A stretch of 64,000 bases of DNA, taken from NCBI GenBank assembly GCA_951406725.2, contig OX597826.1:49476001-49540000 (forward strand). Reading direction: 5' to 3'. Shown here one piece after another: positions 40,701-54,676 of this stretch; position 1 is the stretch's first letter; the number at the start of each line of letters is the position of its first letter. Below the pieces are notes generated by a model. It was given only the letters and a program-made list of their open reading frames with translations, was not told where the DNA came from and searched no databases. The translations under genes and the position numbers were made by a program. The DNA comes from Octopus vulgaris. Its lineage: Eukaryota.

Positions 40701-41162
40701 TTACTAGCAATTGGTGTACCCTTCTTCGCTTGGTATCAATAGTTCTGTTGCTGTTGTGAAAAGCTTTAAAAAACATAATTAAGATCAATATAAAATAATC
40801 TAATCTATAGAATCGATTTTAAGCAATTATAGGCACAACACTTCCCTAGTGAGAGAGAACTGTCAGCACTTGTTGACGCTTCTCTCACTGAAGAAGAGTT
40901 TCTGTCCGAAATATTAGATCGCTCTTCTTCCTCTCAACATGAAAGATATTTCAATTTTTTCAGTATTACTTTTTGCCAACGCTGTCCCTCACCGTATTCC
41001 TTGTATTCTGCTATTCTATTCGATATTTAGATACTGAAGTACTACCTCATGTTTACACATTATAGCTACGAGTTAGGATTCGCCTTGTATATATACATAC
41101 GCACATACATACATTCATACATACACATATACATACGCATATACATATATGAATGAACACAT

Positions 41163-41253
<91 letters not shown>

Positions 41254-41257
41254 TATG

Positions 41258-41672
41258 TTCCCATGTCGTTTGACGTGAATTTACGTGCAAAAGTTGGTTT
41301 AATCGCTTTTCATCGAACTCAAATGGACGACCAGAACGAAGTGTGTCTTTGAGGTCAAAATTTCCATTTTTGAACTTGGCATACCAATCAGGAGCGGTTC
41401 TTTCAGCTATGGAACCCTCTCCATACACAGCACAAATATCGCGAGCAGCTTTTGCGGCCATAGAACCTTGATTAAAAGAAGAAAAAAAAGGTGTCGAAAA
41501 TGCTCGTTTTTCTTAACTTGACATTCCATTTCCATGATCTTAAAATAAACAAAAATTAACTAAAATTAACTAGAAAAAAAAATAGATTCCAAAATGATTC
41601 AAAAATAGAATTCTCAAAAAAAAATAGATTCAAACCTTTAAAAAACCATGCTAACTTAGTTGCCAACACAAT
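41258..41672 (-). mobile_element. Mariner transposon 5' fragment (TIR and HTH domain)
   Basis: MECQVKKNEHFRH...AAKAARDICAVYGEGSIAERTA.DWYAKFKNGNFDLKD..RSGRP; end tattgtgttggcaactaag. Confidence 0.9.
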
Positions 41673-41691
41673 ATGTGCGTGCGTGTGTGTG

Positions 41692-41754
<63 letters not shown>

Positions 41755-41784
41755 ACATGTATATCTTTGAATAAATATATGCTT

Positions 41785-41930
41785 TTGGCGATTTCTTTCC
41801 CCTTCTCCTTTCCGACGAAGAGCTGTGCTCGAAACGTCAAAAACTTTGTCTTTCTACCGGGCATCAAGCTAATACATGTCTTGTACACGTCTTCTTGATA
41901 TCTGTTAATTCTTTTATCCGTTTATTTTAA
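41785..41930 (+). mobile_element. Penelope-type terminal remnant with hammerhead-like motif (41812-41838)
   Basis: uuu-CCGACGA-A-GAGC-UGU-GCUC-GAAAC-GUC-aaa. Confidence 0.55.
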
Positions 41931-42300
41931 ATGACTGCGTATGTGTACGCGCGCGTGAGTGTGTACATGTATACTACTATGTGATGAAGCAAATGTATGT
42001 TGTTAAAAAATATTTATACTTATTTGAAAATCCCCTCAAATATATAGACTCTCCATCCTACTCTAGATATACAGCGCCTCCCTTTAGATTGGGAACCACC
42101 CCACAAAATGCACACCATGCTGTCATAAAACAGGAAATATTACATCAAAACAACGTAATAAATGTTTTGTTCAGTTATGTGAACTGACTTGTTGAATGTT
42201 GTCCTTACCAAAGGGCTTGATCAACATCAGTTCTTCGATACGATAACTGCTGTACTTTAGTTACCATATTAAGCAGATTTTCATACATACATACATACAT

Positions 42301-42447
42301 CCAAAGACTACAGATCCAAGCCCTCATTGGAACCGACAAAATTTGTAAAACTTTCTAGTTTATCATCTAAGTATATCTGCATATGTTTAGACATGCAACT
42401 ACATGCATGCATGCATACATACATACATACATACATACATACATACA

Positions 42448-42481
<34 letters not shown>

Positions 42482-42605
42482 CATACATAGAAAAATACCC
42501 TGTTATTGATGATGAAATTCCAATGAAGGAGACTTGGACCTAGGTTAGAAACCGATTCTTTCTCTATTGGCAAGAAATCTTGAAATAAAACTGTATAATG
42601 ACATA
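42301..42605 (+). mobile_element. 3' end of the R4-like element, within (CATA)n
   Basis: QRLQIQALIGTDKICKTF plus the shared 3' UTR; (CATA)n on both sides. Confidence 0.78.
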
Positions 42606-42694
42606 CATACTTGCATATATACATACATATAAACATACATACATACATTCATACATACATACACACACATACATATAAACATACATACATACAT

Positions 42695-42936
42695 ACAAAA
42701 AGAATCAAATTCCTGAACCACAGGCTCACAAGGCCTGCTTCCCGGATTCTGAAGCGTATATATTCCCCTCTGGAAAGAATGCTGGTTCGTTGCAGGGTTA
42801 CTCATTTTTTTGCCTCTTGAATGGACTGGGGCAAGTGAAATTTAGTGTTTTACTCAAGGACACGACGAATCGCCCGGTTCAGGAAACGAAACCACAATCT
42901 TCCAATCATGAGCGCAACACCTTAACCACTAAGCCA
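42695..42936 (-). mobile_element. Degenerate CORE-SINE with tail C
   Basis: Reverse complement aligns with 15240-15480. Confidence 0.75.
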
Positions 42937-43294
42937 CACACACACACACACACACATACACAAATACACGCACATACATACTCACACACACACACATACA
43001 TACATACATACATACATACATACATACATACATACATACATACATACATACATACATACATACATACATACATACATACATACATACATACACAGACGTT
43101 TCCCTACTATTGTTGCTGCTAGTCACCGAGACGTTTAGCGCAGTAGCAATGTAAATAAATATACATGAAACCTGTGTCCTATACGCATGTCAGGTTTTCG
43201 AATATAAACAATATTGAAATGCGGCTTGGCTTTTGGGACGTGCTAAATAAACAAATACACAAATAAACAAACAAATAAATAAACAAACAAATAA

Positions 43295-43325
<31 letters not shown>

Positions 43326-43470
43326 AAGCAATCGAGAATCAAATTGTATACACCAGCAAAAAATAAAATGTCTCTAGGAAAGAAATAGGAAGATTATATA
43401 CACAGACATACACACACTCACATACACACACACACACACACAGGCACACCCACATATGCATACGTATGTG

Positions 43471-43502
<32 letters not shown>

Positions 43503-43509
43503 TGTATGT

Positions 43510-44220
43510 ATTTTTGTCATTGTTCATTTTTATTTCAAGACTTCTTGCCAATAGGGAAAGAGCCGGTTTCTAACCCAGATCCAAGATCCATTATTGGAAT
43601 TTCAACATCAACAACAGGGTATTTGTTTGTATGTATGTATATGTGCAGGTTTGTATGTTTTGTTTATGTATGTATGCTCATGCATATAGTTGCATATCTA
43701 GACATGCTCATATATATTTAAATGATAAACTTCTGGACAGTTTTACAGGCTTTCACAGTTCCAACTGCTTATGATGTGGGTGATATGTTCGGTGTGAACT
43801 GCACAAAGTCTGCATCGGTTGTCACATTTTACTACTTTTCCTACAACTCTATACCTTTTTGCATCACGTGTCTGATTGATATTTCATGTTCATGGATTGC
43901 AAATGCGTACCCTTCAAAGTAGGAGGAAGTAATCCGGCTATTGGTCCATGATACATTGCTTTTATGATCAATGTTACTATTATCTCGGAGCTTTCTACTA
44001 ACATATCCATGCATAGTCTTCTTCTCATATAGGCTCATCCTTTCATTTAATGATACGTTGCGGTAGGGTCGTGAGACTTCTTTGAACATGTATTCTAGGT
44101 TATCAGATGAGGAATGTTGGTCAAGTCTTATGATGTTATCAACCGTATGTATGCGAATTTGGTCAAGGGATGCACCTCGACATTTGATAGTTAAAAGCTG
44201 TTGCTGAGGAGATGATGCGA
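43510..44220 (-). mobile_element. R4/Dong-type (RLE-class) non-LTR retrotransposon fragment, internally deleted
   Basis: KKTMHGY...SW...FEGYAFAIHEHEI then CRLCAVHTEHITHIISS (CCHC knuckle) fused to GTVKACKT...FII-stop and the 3' UTR; (TACA)n at both ends. Confidence 0.8.
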
Positions 44221-44418
44221 CATATGTATGTATGTATGTATGTATGTATGCATGCATGCATGCATGCATGCATGAATGTATGTATGTATGTATGTATGTA
44301 TGTATGTATGTATGTATGTATGTATGTATGTATGTATGTATAGAGAGGGGAACTGACAGACAGATAAAGAGAAAAAGACATACAGAAAGAGGAACAGAAA
44401 GAGGGAGAAATACATAGG

Positions 44419-44482
<64 letters not shown>

Positions 44483-45264
44483 TGTGTATGTGTAAGGGTT
44501 TTCCTTTTTACGCATCAGTCCCGTTATATGCATTATGTGGATTTCATTAAGGAGAGATTTGAACTTGCAATGTAAAATGACTAAAGAAAAAAAAAATAAT
44601 AAATTCCGTTAATCCGGCACAAACGATAACTACAATGTATTTTGACCGGCACTCAAACGTATCTGGTAACGAAATACATGTTTCCCCCACCCTTATAAGT
44701 ATTAATAGCTTAAACAGACATCTACTTACTTCTCAGTACCCTTCTATTATCACACAAACATACAGAAAGACATAGAGGTACAGAAAATACATATACACAA
44801 ACAGACATTCACATGAGTATAAGCATATTGTTATGTATAGAGATTTGAATTAATCATAAGATATCTGAAGATATCAGATCTTTATGTAAGTCTCAGAAGG
44901 ATACCGAATACCTTTGCTTCAGCCAATTTATGATACTAGATACATTGATACGCACGTAACGTACACCCCCACACATGCATACATATACACACTCACACAC
45001 ACACACATTAATATGTTATGTGTGTATGTGTGTGCGTGTGCACCAGTGGGTAGGTTGGATTTAGTACTAACTACAACCCCTGGGAGAGAGAGGTTGTGGA
45101 GTGAGAAATAGTTCTACAGAAGGAAAGCCGAAAGCTGAAGTCGGAATATTTGATAAAGTTTTCCAGGCCCCCATAAATGTGACTTCATTTTATCATATTC
45201 AGCATACACTTTAATTGTTGTTTGTCTGCAAAGTAATTTTTGCGGAAACCCAGATACATAAATA

Positions 45265-45941
<677 letters not shown>

Positions 45942-45950
45942 GTATATATA

Positions 45951-46650
45951 CAGGGTACGTAAGTTATTTGAAGACATACCTATTTTGGGTCATTGCTGCA
46001 TTTTTGGCTAACTCTGTATAATCTTTGTTTCAGAAAATAATAATAGCAGACCCTCCACTTTCTCAAGAAATGAAGAGGCATGCTGTTATTCTGGTTATAG
46101 CGATTTAGAAATATCTCGATTTTTAAAAGTTGCCAGATCTTTCGTCTACAAAGTTTGTATAAGGCGCTAGAGACTGAAGATGGAAACGTATCACCAGTAT
46201 CAATGCATAAAAAGCATTCTAAACGCTGCGAAATTATCCGAACGCCTGAATTTATCCAGCAGGTTCAACAGATCATTGCTTACAATCTCAGAAAGTTCAT
46301 GAGGTCAATTGCAAAAGATTTCAATGTGTCAGAAGGAACAGTCAGAAATGTTGTCCACGAAGACATCAGATATAAGTCTTATATGATGAGGAAAGCTCAA
46401 TTTGTCAGAAAAAGCAAAAGAAAATCAGTACAACAGATCTAAAAGGCTCTTAAACTGAAAAATCCAGCAGAAGAAGATTTTACTTGGTTTTTCTCAAAGG
46501 AGAAAAACTTATAGAAAAACTTATACTATAGAAAAGATGGTTTATTTTTATCCTCATAGCAGTTTTTGATAAATAAAATTATTACCTGTTATTATATATC
46601 TATTTATTTATAAACATAAACCTGTCCTCAAATACTTTACGCACCCTCCT
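45951..46650 (+). mobile_element. Tc1/mariner-superfamily element, internally deleted, both TIRs
   Basis: cagggtacgtaagttatttgaagaca ... tgtcctcaaatactttacgcaccct; IRTPEFIQQVQQII...MRSIAKDFNVSEGTVRNVVHEDIRYKSY is an HTH region. Confidence 0.8.
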
Positions 46651-47086
46651 ATAGATGTCAAGTGCTAAAAAGCACAGATTATATTGGCAGATGAAATTTC
46701 ATCAGTACCGGCGTTCGGGATTGTTGCATCACGTATTTTCCGTGTGAATTGAGCACATCAGCAACAGATACCCATTCACCGAATAGCAAATCAAAAATCT
46801 GACAAGCTGATAGGAAGACAAAGACACTCTTGATTATTCCATCCTTTGGTTCTTTGTGAAATTTGAGCCAACGAGCGAGTTACTATACAGTCACCTTACC
46901 AGCTAGAAATAGGAGCCAAATAGTTTTTTAACACTGACTAAATAGTCAGTGATGTCACAAAAAAGTTGCCGGGCTAACAAAAGTTGGGTATAAATTAGCT
47001 ATTAACGATGGACGTTAATAGCTAAATAAAGAGATTTATGAAAGAAGTCAAACCTACAGTACACATGTTATAGAATGAATATATAT

Positions 47087-47796
47087 AGACGCAGGAGTGG
47101 CTGTGTGGTAACAAACTTGCTTTCCGACCACATGGTTTCCGCGTTCAGTCCCACTACGTGGTACCTTTGCTAGGTGTCTTCTATATTCTCGAGCCGACCT
47201 AAGCCTTGTGAGTGGTTTTAGTAGACAAATACTGGAAGGAGCCCATCGTGTATATATATATTCTTTTATTTTTTTTTTTTACTTGTTTTATCATCTGAGT
47301 GCGGCCATGCTGGAGCACCGCCTTTAGTCGAGCAAATCGACCTCAGGACTTATTCTTTGTAAGCCTAGTACTTATTCTATCGGTCTCTTTTGCCGAACCA
47401 CTAATGTACAGCGACATAAACACACCAACATCGGTGTAAAGCGATGTCGGGGGACAAACGCAGACACACAAATACTTATATCCGACGGGCTTCTTTCAGT
47501 TTCCGTCTTCGAAATCCTCTCACAAGGCTTTGGTCGGCCCGAGGCTTTATTAGAAGACGCTTGCCCAAGATGTCACGCAGTGGGACTTGTGTGTGTTTGT
47601 GTTTGTACCCACACCATAGCTTGACAACCGATGTTGGTGTGTTTACGTCAACGTAATATAGCGGTTCAGCAAAAGCGGCCGATAGAATAAGTACTAGGCT
47701 TACAAAGAAAAAGGTCCTGGGGTTGACTTGTTCGACTAAAGACTATGCTCCAGAATGGTCACAATGAAATGACTGAACCAAGTAAAAGAATAAAAG
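47087..47796. mobile_element. SINE A (+) with a 5'-truncated SINE A (-, 47261-47588) inserted in its linker
   Basis: 5' half(+), copy(-), 3' half(+). Confidence 0.85.
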
Positions 47797-47803
47797 CTAA
47801 AGG

Positions 47804-48950
47804 GTACCCGGCACCCTCAGTCACAATTAGTGGTAAGTGAACTTTTCCCTTTTGGTTTTATATACACATATGTGTATGCACGTAGTGGGGGATTGTCCCT
47901 TCCCCTCTCGTACAGCTTGACAACCGGTGTTGGTGTGTTTACGTCCCCGTAACTTAGCGGTTCGGCATAAGATATCTGATAGAGTAAGTACCATGCTTAA
48001 CAAAATAAAAAGTACTGATTCATTCAAGTAAAAATAGCTAAAATTTGAATTACATTCAAGAAAATTGTCCTTCTCAGAGAGGAGGATGAAGGAATGGAGC
48101 GTTACATGGTGGAGACTGAGCTGATGGGAAGGAGAGCGAGGGGAAGGCAGAGAATGAAGATGTTCGACTAGATGAAGAAGAGAATGAACACGCAGAACGA
48201 GAAAGACCAGGGTGATGCTGCGAGAGACAGAAATAAATGGAGGAGGGACAAGCCATGATTCGTCAACGGCATGAATATGTCATGACACAAGAGAGAGAGA
48301 GACAAGAAAAAAGACAATCCTTTGATTATGCAATATTATTTTATTTTAGATTAAATTGCATAAGATTAATGTTCGCATTCTGTACTTTTCTTACTGAAAT
48401 ATGACCAGACTCAAGTACGAAGTCCGTCAGAAAGTTCAACATACGTTACCAGTATTTCTGACAGTCAATGATTCTTCTGTGTTATTGGAAATATTTTTCC
48501 TTTAATGTCATTTGAGGATTGCCGGGTTTTGAGGATAGAACAAAAGAATGGGGGTTATTGCCAATTTTATCTTTTACACACACAAACACACACACACACA
48601 CATACGCACATACATACACACACTTATACAAACACACACACACACACATATATGTACCCGGCACCCTTAGTCACAATTAGTGGTAAGTGAACTTTTCCCT
48701 TTTGGTTTTATATACACATATGTGGATGTACGTAGTGGGGTGTTGTCCCTCTCCCTCTCGTACAGCTTGACAACCGGTGTTGGTGTGTTTACGTCCCCGT
48801 AACTTAGTGGTTCGGCATAAGATATCCGATAGAGTAAGTACCAGGCTTGACAAAAAAAAAGTACTGAGATCGATTCATTCAAGTAAAAGTTCTTCAGAGT
48901 GGTGCCCCAGCATGACCGCCGTCTAATGACTGAAACAAGTAAAAGATAAA
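47804..48950 (+). repeat. Local direct duplication of about 230 bp (47804-48035 and 48655-48890) including a SINE A 3' half
   Basis: gtacccggcaccct.agtcacaattagtggtaagtgaacttttcc... present twice. Confidence 0.9.
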
Positions 48951-48979
48951 TGACATACACACACAAGCACACCTTACAA

Positions 48980-49082
48980 GTTGATGTTGTTGAAATTACA
49001 ATGAAGGAGCTTTGAATCTTGGTTAGAAACCGGCTTTCTCCATCGGTAAGAAATCTAAAAATAAACTATATGATAACATACT
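48980..49082 (+). mobile_element. Short 3' UTR scrap of the R4-like element
   Basis: gttgaaatt.caatgaaggag...ggttagaaaccgg...aagaaatct..aaataaact, ending acatac. Confidence 0.65.
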
Positions 49083-49089
49083 TTCGTTC

Positions 49090-49700
49090 GTTCTCGAGTC
49101 ATACCGACTCATAAGGGCTGTTTTCCGGGTTTCCATGGCCGATAATATTCCTCCCCTGGACAGGACTGGAAGCCGTTTAGTCACAGAATTACTCATTTTT
49201 GCCAGTTGAGCGACAGGACCTCCGTAATGCTATGATGAACCGTGAAGTCTGGTGTAACATAATAAATTCCATTGTCTCAACCACGGTCGAACAATGATGA
49301 TGATGATGATGGATCAACTTGAAATGAAGTGCTTTGCTCAAGATCACAACGCGTCGCTCGTTCCAGGAATCGAAACCACAATCTTATAATCTTACACCCT
49401 AATCACTAAGCCACGCGCCTCCACTTCCTCATCAAGCCCTGGACAATACTGTCTCGAGTCCTGAGACTCATAGGGCCTATTACCTGGGTTCCATGAAGCA
49501 TAAGTAACCGAAATCCCAACAATCCCTCTAAAGGAGACGCCAGTCTGTCGTAGGATTACTTATTTATTATTGAGTGAACAGAAGCAATGTGAAATGATGT
49601 TTCTTTGCCCAAGAACTCAACGTACCGCCAGGTTCAGGAATCGAAACCACAATCTTGCGATCGCGAGTGTAACATCCTAACCACTAGGCCACGTGTCTTC
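49090..49700 (-). mobile_element. Two degenerate CORE-SINEs with tail C; the first holds a 100-bp RTE-like 3' end (+, 49211-49310)
   Basis: Heads end near 49424 and 49700; the insert translates QDLRNAMMNREVWCNIINSIVSTTVEQ-stop followed by (TGA)n. Confidence 0.7.
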
Positions 49701-50119
49701 GTGTGAAACTATACGTTATCGAGAAGGCATCTGGTAGGGCGATACTTTGTCAGTATTACTCTCTGTCGTCTCATTTTGAAATCGTTATCATACTTGTTCC
49801 CGAAAGATTTTCTATAGAAATGGACACATATCCAGAAATATACAAGAAAACCTGAAACAGTATGGATCTAATTTCATCCACATTAAAATCAATCAGATCT
49901 TATTGCACAATATTCCACAAAACCTGGAATAAAATTTCGTTAGATCAAGCGTATATTTTACAGTGTCAAGACGAAGAAAATTTGCTCTTTCCACCACAAT
50001 CTAAACTTAAACAGCTGGTCAGTATAACTTCGGGTATGAATTACAAAAGTCTTGGGTTAGATGAGAATTTGATACGCGTCGGATCCAAGAATAAGGAGAG
50101 GTTTAAGAAAATATTTCAT

Positions 50120-50665
50120 GAGAAGGAAGGTCGAAATCACATGATTTTGTGGTCTCGGCGCTTGTAATGGCAGGGATTTATCTCCTTACTAGCAACATAA
50201 ATAGGTGTTCATTTGCAACAAAAGCCAATATGAGAGTTTCTTTCATGGTAACTATCGCAGCAAAGTTTGTTCTGACAGAACATCCACGTTCAAGTGGAGA
50301 TAAATATTATCTCTCGGTATTAATACGGCCTCTGCCGCTAATATATTTTTAACAAGCTCACTGGTTAATTACGATACCAGCGCCTGTTTTGGCCCTGTTT
50401 TTCTATATATCGCTGGTGGAGAGATAAGTCGCTGCTATTTCTGGTGGTCGAGCGTCCATCATCGACGAAACCAAGGAAGGTCGAAATTACGTGATGGTTG
50501 TCTCGGTACTGGATATAAATAGAGGTGGATTTTGCAACAAAAGCCAATATGAGAGGTTCTATCATGGTAGCTAATGCAGTATAGTTTGTCCTAACAGAAC
50601 ATCCATTCTTAAGTGGGAATAAATATTACCTCTCGGTATTAAGACTGGATCCGTCGTTAATATAT
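50120..50665 (+). repeat. Unclassified repeat, two diverged copies of about 200 bp; related sequence at 9670-9840
   Basis: aggaaggtcgaaat.ac.tgat...tttgcaacaaaagccaatatgagag...aatatta.ctctcggtattaa twice. Confidence 0.75.
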
Positions 50666-50707
50666 ATAGAAAATATGGTTATGAGAGCCACCAAACAACA
50701 TGTATAA

Positions 50708-51228
50708 TTCTTTTATTCTTTTGCTTGTTTAGTCATTTGACTGCGGCGATGCTGGAGCACTGCCTTTAGTCGAACGATTCGACCCCAGGACTTATTCTTT
50801 GTAAACTTAGTACTTACTCTATCGGTCTCTTTTGCCAAAGAAAACTTGCCTGGCTGTGTGGTAAGAAGCTTGCTTCCCAACCACATAGACCCGGGTTCAG
50901 TCCCATTGCGTGGCACCTTGTGAGTGGATTTGGTAGACGGAAACACACCAACATCGGTTATCAAGCGATGATGGGGGGATAAACAGACACACAAATACAC
51001 ACACAAGCACGCACACTCACACACACACACACGCACACACACTCACACACATATACACACACACACACATATATATATACACGACAGGCGTCTTTCAGTT
51101 TCTGTCTACCAAATCCACTCACAAGGTGCTACGCAATGGGACTGAACCCGGATTTATGTAGTTGGGAAGCAAGCTTCTTGCCACACAGCCACGCCTGCGC
51201 CTATTCCACACAGCTACGCCTGCGCCTA
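50708..51228. mobile_element. Rearranged SINE A (-) with an inverted 5' piece (50849-50943) and duplicated head end
   Basis: Family A segments in mixed orientation; ccacacagc.acgcctgcgcctat twice. Confidence 0.75.
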
Positions 51229-51796
51229 TGTTTATAATGTTTATAACAAATTTCCAGTGCCTGTCCTGATTATTTCATTTGGCCTTTTCAATTAGCAAGT
51301 TTAGCAAAATGGACATAACATCTCAGAAAGTGCTCTGTACTCTTGGATTGTTCAACATCAGCGGGGATGTTGAAGGATTAGTTTTCCAGATCTGAAATCG
51401 GCCGGGGTCTTAAATATCTGTATCAACGTCATATGAGCATCATAGGAGAGCCGGATTATAAGAGTGAAACAACATCTCTTAACAGAAAGAAAAGAGCTCG
51501 GTAATTAGCTCGCTGAAGTTTTGAGAGCAACAAAAATAAAAACATTATTAGGGGTTAACTAATGACTTTGAGGAGAGATGTGAAATAAAAGCCGACACAG
51601 ATCTCTTTCTCCCTCTCTCTCTCTTTCACATACACACAAACACACACACACACTCTCTATCTCTCTTACTTTATCTCTCTCTCTCTCTCACTCTCCTTTT
51701 CTCCCTCCAAGGAACGTCGGAAAATACTATTTATCATATGTGCATACATACAAACATACATTCATACGCACGCACATTTATAAATGTATCAACGCA

Positions 51797-51924
<128 letters not shown>

Positions 51925-52151
51925 TGGCCTGTGCACTAATAAAAGAATTAAGTTTTAAACTTCGTCGCTGTCCCACTGCGAGGGATTCCTTTAATTTGCT
52001 TAATCCTCAACATGGTATGTATGTATGTATGTATGTATAAACGTATGTATGTGTGTATGTATGTATGTATGTATAAACGTATGTATGTATGTATATATGT
52101 ATATATGTATAAACGTATGTACGTATGTATATGTATGTATGTATGCATTTA

Positions 52152-52200
<49 letters not shown>

Positions 52201-52231
52201 GAAGAGAGAGAGAGATACATATTTACATAAG

Positions 52232-52292
<61 letters not shown>

Positions 52293-52416
52293 TCGTATAG
52301 ATACACACACACACACACACAGAGTTTCAGCAACAACTATAATAGCTATAAATCCTTTGCAACTCCACTACCAACACCACCTCTACCAGCAGCCCAACAA
52401 CACCTCACCACACACA

Positions 52417-52451
<35 letters not shown>

Positions 52452-52708
52452 CTCTCTCACTCACACGCACACACTCTCTCTCTCTCCCACTCTCCTTCTT
52501 TCTCACACACACACTCTCTCACACGTGAACCCTGATCACTTCGGTAATTGAAAACAAAGCGTCTCAGATATCTTCACGGTGGGGGAGGGAGTAATAATTA
52601 CTTTGGCAGACATTCCAACTAAAGGTGTTAGATAACAATAACAACAACAATAACAATAACTACTACTACTACTACTACTACAATGATTACTCTCACTACC
52701 AACACTAA

Positions 52709-52747
<39 letters not shown>

Positions 52748-53216
52748 CGAACCTCTTCAGCTTAATCCCAAATAACTGCTAATTGAGGGTTGTTGATGAT
52801 ATTGTTGATACTGCTGATGTCGTCAAAGTTCTTGTTGCCGATATTTTTGTTGTTGCCGTTGTCGGTGTTTGCTACTGTTCTCTGTTTTACGCGTCGTCGT
52901 CATCGTCATCGTTGTCGTTTTTGTTGTTGTTGTTGTTGTTGTTGAAGCCTAGCTCATCGTCGATCGAATAATAAAAAAAGAGCCTATGATCAAAAACGTC
53001 CCATGACCTTTGCATCTTTAGTATTCCAGATACAATGCATCTAGAACGACCTTCCCTAACGCGTCCTTCCTTTTTTCCTTTTGGGTTTTTTTTTTTTTGG
53101 TTTTGTTTTAAAGCAATAACCTGTGATCCGAGTGAGATTTAGTTGCTATTTCTAGCATATCTATCGACCACGTGGTGACTCCCAAGTTGATTCATCGAAT
53201 TGTTGTCACTGTTGTT

Positions 53217-54400
53217 ACTCTTTTACTCTTTTACTTGTTTCAGTCATTTGACTGCGGCCAGGCTGGAGCACCGCCTTTAGTCGAGCAAATCGACCCCAGG
53301 ACTTATTCTTTGGAAGCCTAGTACTTATTCTATCGGTTACTGCTGCCGAACTGCTAAGTTACGGGGACGTAAACACACCAGTACTGGTTGTCAAGCGATG
53401 TTGGGGGACAAACACAGACACACAAACACACATATACATTTAAACATACATATATACGACGGGCTTCTTTCAGTTTCCATCTACCAAATGCACCATACAC
53501 AAGGCTTTCGTCGGCCCGAGGCTATAGTAGAAGACACTTGCCCAAGGTGCCACGCAGTGGGACTGAACCCGGAACCATGTGATTGGTAAGCAGCTACTTA
53601 CCACAGCCACTCCTGCGCCTATGTTGTTATTAATATATTTTATCTTTTATCCTTTACTTGTTTAGACTGCGGCCATTCTGGGGCACCGCCTTGAAGAATT
53701 TCTGTCGAACGAAATTTTTCAAAGCGTAGTACGTATGCTGTCGGATCTACAGGGCCGTAAACACACCAACACCGGTGACCAAGATGTAGCAGAGGACAAA
53801 CACAGACACACACCTACCAACCCACATGCATGTATGTATGTATGTATGTACGTATGTATGCATGCATGTATGTATATGTGAGTGTATCATGTTTTACCCT
53901 TTCCTTGTTTCAGTCATTAGACTGTGGCCATGCTGGAGCACCGCATTGAATCACTTTATTCGAATGAATAGACCCCAGTATTTATTTTCTAAATCTTGGT
54001 ACTTATTCTATCATTCTCTTTTGCCGAACCACTATGTTACGAGGATGTAAACTCACTAACACCAGCTGTCAAGCGAAGGTGTGGTGACAAACATTGACAC
54101 AAAAACACATTCATCAATATATATACACACGACGAGCTTCTTTCAGTTTCCATCTGCCAAATGCACCATACACAAGGCTTTGGTCAGTCCGAGGCTATAG
54201 TGGAAAACATTTGTCCGAGATGCCACACAATGAGCCTGAACTGTTATATCTTCTTTTCAGTTTCCGTCCACGAAGTCCAGTTGCAAGGCATTGGTCGGCC
54301 CGATAGTAAAGTAGAAGGCACTTGCTGAAAATACCAGGTAGTGGGATCGAACCCAGAACCCTGTTGTCGAGATACAAACTTCCTACTATACAACTCCATC
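53217..54400 (-). mobile_element. Cluster of four SINE A copies or fragments of different ages
   Basis: Full copy 53217-53620; degenerate copies 53640-53815, 53895-54240 and 54248-54400. Confidence 0.8.
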
Positions 54401-54676
54401 AGCAAGCTTATAATCACAAACCTTCCTTTCTCGTACTCCATCTGTTACGTATTTCAAAGTACATTATTCAGTATGCCCTTCCAATTGTTTTTAAAACATC
54501 TAGATTTGATATGAGGGTTTAGCTGTTATTTCTAGTAGGTTGAGTGACAATGTAGGAAGTCTTTCAGTGTTTCATAAGTCACTACTGTTTTTGCTATGGC
54601 AGTAATTGTAGTTGTTATTATTGTTATTCATATTTTAGTTACAGTAGTAGTTGCGGTAGTTGTTGCGGCTATTGTT

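Noticed and set aside
49862-50167. 101-aa non-repetitive ORF
   Set aside because: No motif I recognise; it runs into an unclassified repeat and its length is within chance
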